A stretch of DNA of 64,000 nt from Anthoceros angustus (Eukaryota; Plantae; Anthocerotophyta), in assembly GCA_010909165.1 (NCBI GenBank), contig MU008160.1:558001-622000 (forward strand). Reading direction: 5' to 3'. Below the pieces are notes generated by a model that worked only from the letters and a program-made list of their open reading frames with translations, was not told the DNA's origin and made no database searches. Positions 61,401 to 64,000 of the stretch are shown one piece after another (within the stretch, counting starts at the first letter, position 1; the number at the start of each line of letters is the position of its first letter). Both the position numbers and the translations under genes were made by a program.

Positions 61401-62720
61401 GCAACGAGAGGAGGTCCTGACGGTAGCCCCTGGTTTCCCTAAGACCGAAGGAGTGTAGTGTGAGGGAGAGAAGAACGGACTAGAGGTGACGAACGTGAAC
61501 GATACGACGCGAACGGGTCCTTAAACGCTTGGCCACACCGGCCCGCGTGAACGCTAAGTAGTAGTTAGATGCGAATCGATGAATGTGCGCTGAGACCGAA
61601 TCTGACGCAGTGAAGTAAGAATCGTCTCGAACGCTGCAAACGGAGCCTATCATTCCTTTGGGAACTGACTCTTCCTACAACGACACGGATCGCCGCCCGC
61701 TTCTGTCACGTCACAAGTCGCCACACTAAGCCATCCTTGCTCCTGGGCTCCAGCTCACGTACCTCCCCAGCACACCATTTTTGCATGCCGCTTTTCCTTT
61801 CTCCAAATTGTGATTTCTTCGCGATTTCTCCATCGCTCCTTGCCACCATCGTGGCCTCCACTTGCAGCCCTCCTGATTGCTCACCCTAAAAGAGCACTCC
61901 TCGCTCCTCCTTGCACACACGTTGATGCTCCTTTACTTCATCTTGAACTCTTAGATTGACCCCATGCAACAAACCCTGCACAAAACCTCGTTTATGGACA
62001 CTTGGCCCTTCTGCTTGCAACACCTCTTGCCGTACAACTTCAATCACACTTGTACTTTGCTCATGACCCTCTCCTTCCAACTGCGCCAGTGCTCTCAACT
62101 CCTTGTCATGAAATCGGTCATCAATAGCCACAATCCGCTCTCTAGTTTTCACACGAGAAATAAAATCTGCATTCACATCCTGCTTCCCTGCAATTTCTTA
62201 AACTCTTCCATCTCCTACGTACTTCGAAATCTTCGCTACCTTGCCAGATTCTAGCTCTAAGTCTTCTATGGCATTTGGATCTACATACGTTCCCTCCGGA
62301 CTCCAACCTATGCTATCTCCCGAACCTTTATCAGGAAAATTCATATCATAGGCCTTGCTTTTGTAGAAAGCTACATACTTCTGGCAGTCGTGGTGGTACT
62401 CTCTCCAAGGAACCATAAATCCTTTCTACATAATCATACAAAGGTTCCCTCCTCTTTCTTCGCAAAGTCCTCAACCGGGCCGACGTGTGATGTGCATAAC
62501 TCAGGCCACATAATCAGTTAAAAAATGCAGCTTTCAAATCATCCCAATCCGGTGGTGGTGCAGCCCCATAGGTACGACTATACCAGTGTCGGGCATGACT
62601 TTGAAGCACTCCAGGAAAAATTCGGAAACCTATGACTGAGGCTTCTAAATTTACATGAGACACATGTTCAAAAGTTCACACAAAAGCCTCGGCGTCTTCA
62701 CCTCGTTTATTCTCCCCAAA
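55491..62720 (-). mobile_element. Internally deleted Ty3/Gypsy element: 3' LTR 55491-55910, integrase ~56000-56970, gag ~62300-62700
   Basis: Purine-rich PPT followed by TGTCTACC...GGTACA. PFKKWGIDFVG..YILVATD, GGH...GFWW..CDACQ, KLRLRWMGPYEV (integrase). FPGVLQSHARHWY..PDWDDLKAAF (Retrotrans_gag). RT/RNase H not seen; right boundary approximate. Confidence 0.8.
57283..61725 (+). mobile_element. GC-rich Tat/Retand-like retroelement fragment nested in the Gypsy element; 3' LTR ~60882-61725
   Basis: 5-bp TSD CTAAG (57278-57282 and 61726-61730); termini TGTGG...CCACA. G-rich tract before TGTGGGG at 60882; TATAAG at ~61142; degenerate coiled-coil ORFs (59209-59739). The lineage call is an inference. 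Confidence 0.75.
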
Positions 62721-64000
62721 TTTTACATATTGCTGGCGGCTATGGGGTCGCTGACTCCCACCACCTCCGCTTCCTCCACTCATGGTCGAGGGCGTCCACA
62801 GGGCAGCTACTCCAGCTCCTCCCTCCAGACTCCAACCACTACCAGGGAGAGGGGTGTTTTACAAAACCCCTTTTGCAAATCTCCCAATCTTTACAGCTCT
62901 AAACACCTCCGTTATAAATTGGTTTAAGTTTCGCTGGTGTGGCAAGTTTTAAGACTCGGTTTACGACGGGGTTTCTAGTTGGATGATGTGGCACTCTTTT
63001 GGGTGCTCATTTACAACAACGGATTCATGACGTGGCTCTCACGTTGTACATAACGTTGTAAAAGCTTTTTTTTTTCAAAATTTGATCTTTATTTTTCTAA
63101 AAATCTTTATTAACATCTCTAATCACAAAAATATGATTGGAAGCCATTTACAATGCATGTATGACGTGGCTCCTTGTTAGATTACGTTAAAGCCTTTTCT
63201 CAAAATTTGTTCTTTATTTCTTCAAAATAAAGAACAAATTTTGAGAAAAAGGCTTTTACAACAAAGATGATATTTATTGTAGATTACGTTGTAAAAGCCT
63301 TTTTCTCCAAATTTATTATTATTATTATTATTACTATCTATAATAATATAATATAATAATGATAATCACAAAGATATTTATTAATAAACCCAAAAAAAAT
63401 ATGATTGGAGGCCATTTACAACAGAAGAGATGATTTACGGAGGTGAAAGAACGATGGAAAGAGACCATCTAGGAAGGGACAACAAATGGGGACCCGGGGG
63501 TCGGAGTAAAGAGGAGCAACCGAGCTCCCTACCTAAAGTGACCAATCGCACTCACAATGTCATATGCGTAGAATAAACGGCCCGCAAACCACGAGGAAGA
63601 GGAAAGGCATCACCCACCGCCGCCTTTATGGAGAATCGCTGAGAGCGCCTGAAGAGCAATAGAAACCCGGAAGTATGCCGTGAAGTACGAGAGGACAGAC
63701 TATGCCTCACAAGATGGTAAGCTTTGGCACAAGACTTGATGAATTTGTCAAAGTCCTCACCATTGCCCCATACGCTTTAGAGCAAGCGGATAAAGAGGTG
63801 GCCCGCTTGCATCCCGCTATACTTATGGACCTTGAGAGCCAGACGGCAGCACCCCACCGGACTTGGTGATGACTGAGCGGAGGTGGCGCCACGGTGGTCA
63901 AGAACCACTACATCCGCCACCACAACCGGTCGCCACGACAAGGTATAAGTCCGCCCGATTGAACGACCAAGAAGAGTATACTCCCGCCTCCTCCGTGCCA

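Noticed and set aside
63400-64000. Purine-rich stretch with short ORFs at the window end
   Set aside because: Possibly TE-derived, but no diagnostic motif is visible and it is truncated by the window edge.

Overview
Land-plant nuclear DNA with short (~90-110 bp) introns. GRP-ending DYW:KP PPR genes suggest a hornwort, or possibly a lycophyte or fern (inference). Left part: an LTR+PBS remnant, a Tc1/mariner-type MITE, an intact 4-exon DUF936/CORD-like gene with a GC-AG intron, and a large MIP2/NBAS (Sec39) gene containing a 613-bp x3 tandem repeat. Centre: an ~18.5-kb giant inverted repeat (arms ~21323-28989 and ~32235-39794). Each arm carries a SABATH methyltransferase, a PLS-PPR DYW:KP gene and a divergent VAMP72-like R-SNARE. 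The 3.2-kb spacer is a mosaic with hairpins and telomere-like microsatellites, and the right arm ends exactly at a Copia LTR. Right part: a decayed Copia element, an intronless GDSL lipase with a Ser/Pro tail, a possible CRE-like LINE remnant, a third PPR-DYW:KP gene and a Copia>Gypsy>Tat-like nest. The best novel-system candidate is the PPR family: all three genes fuse an N-terminal OSB-type PDF (ssDNA-binding) motif to a nucleotide-homogeneous PLS array and a U-to-C-type DYW:KP domain. Many frameshifts are single-base homopolymer indels that differ between repeat copies, so they are probably long-read consensus errors. Pseudogene status of these genes is therefore unresolved.
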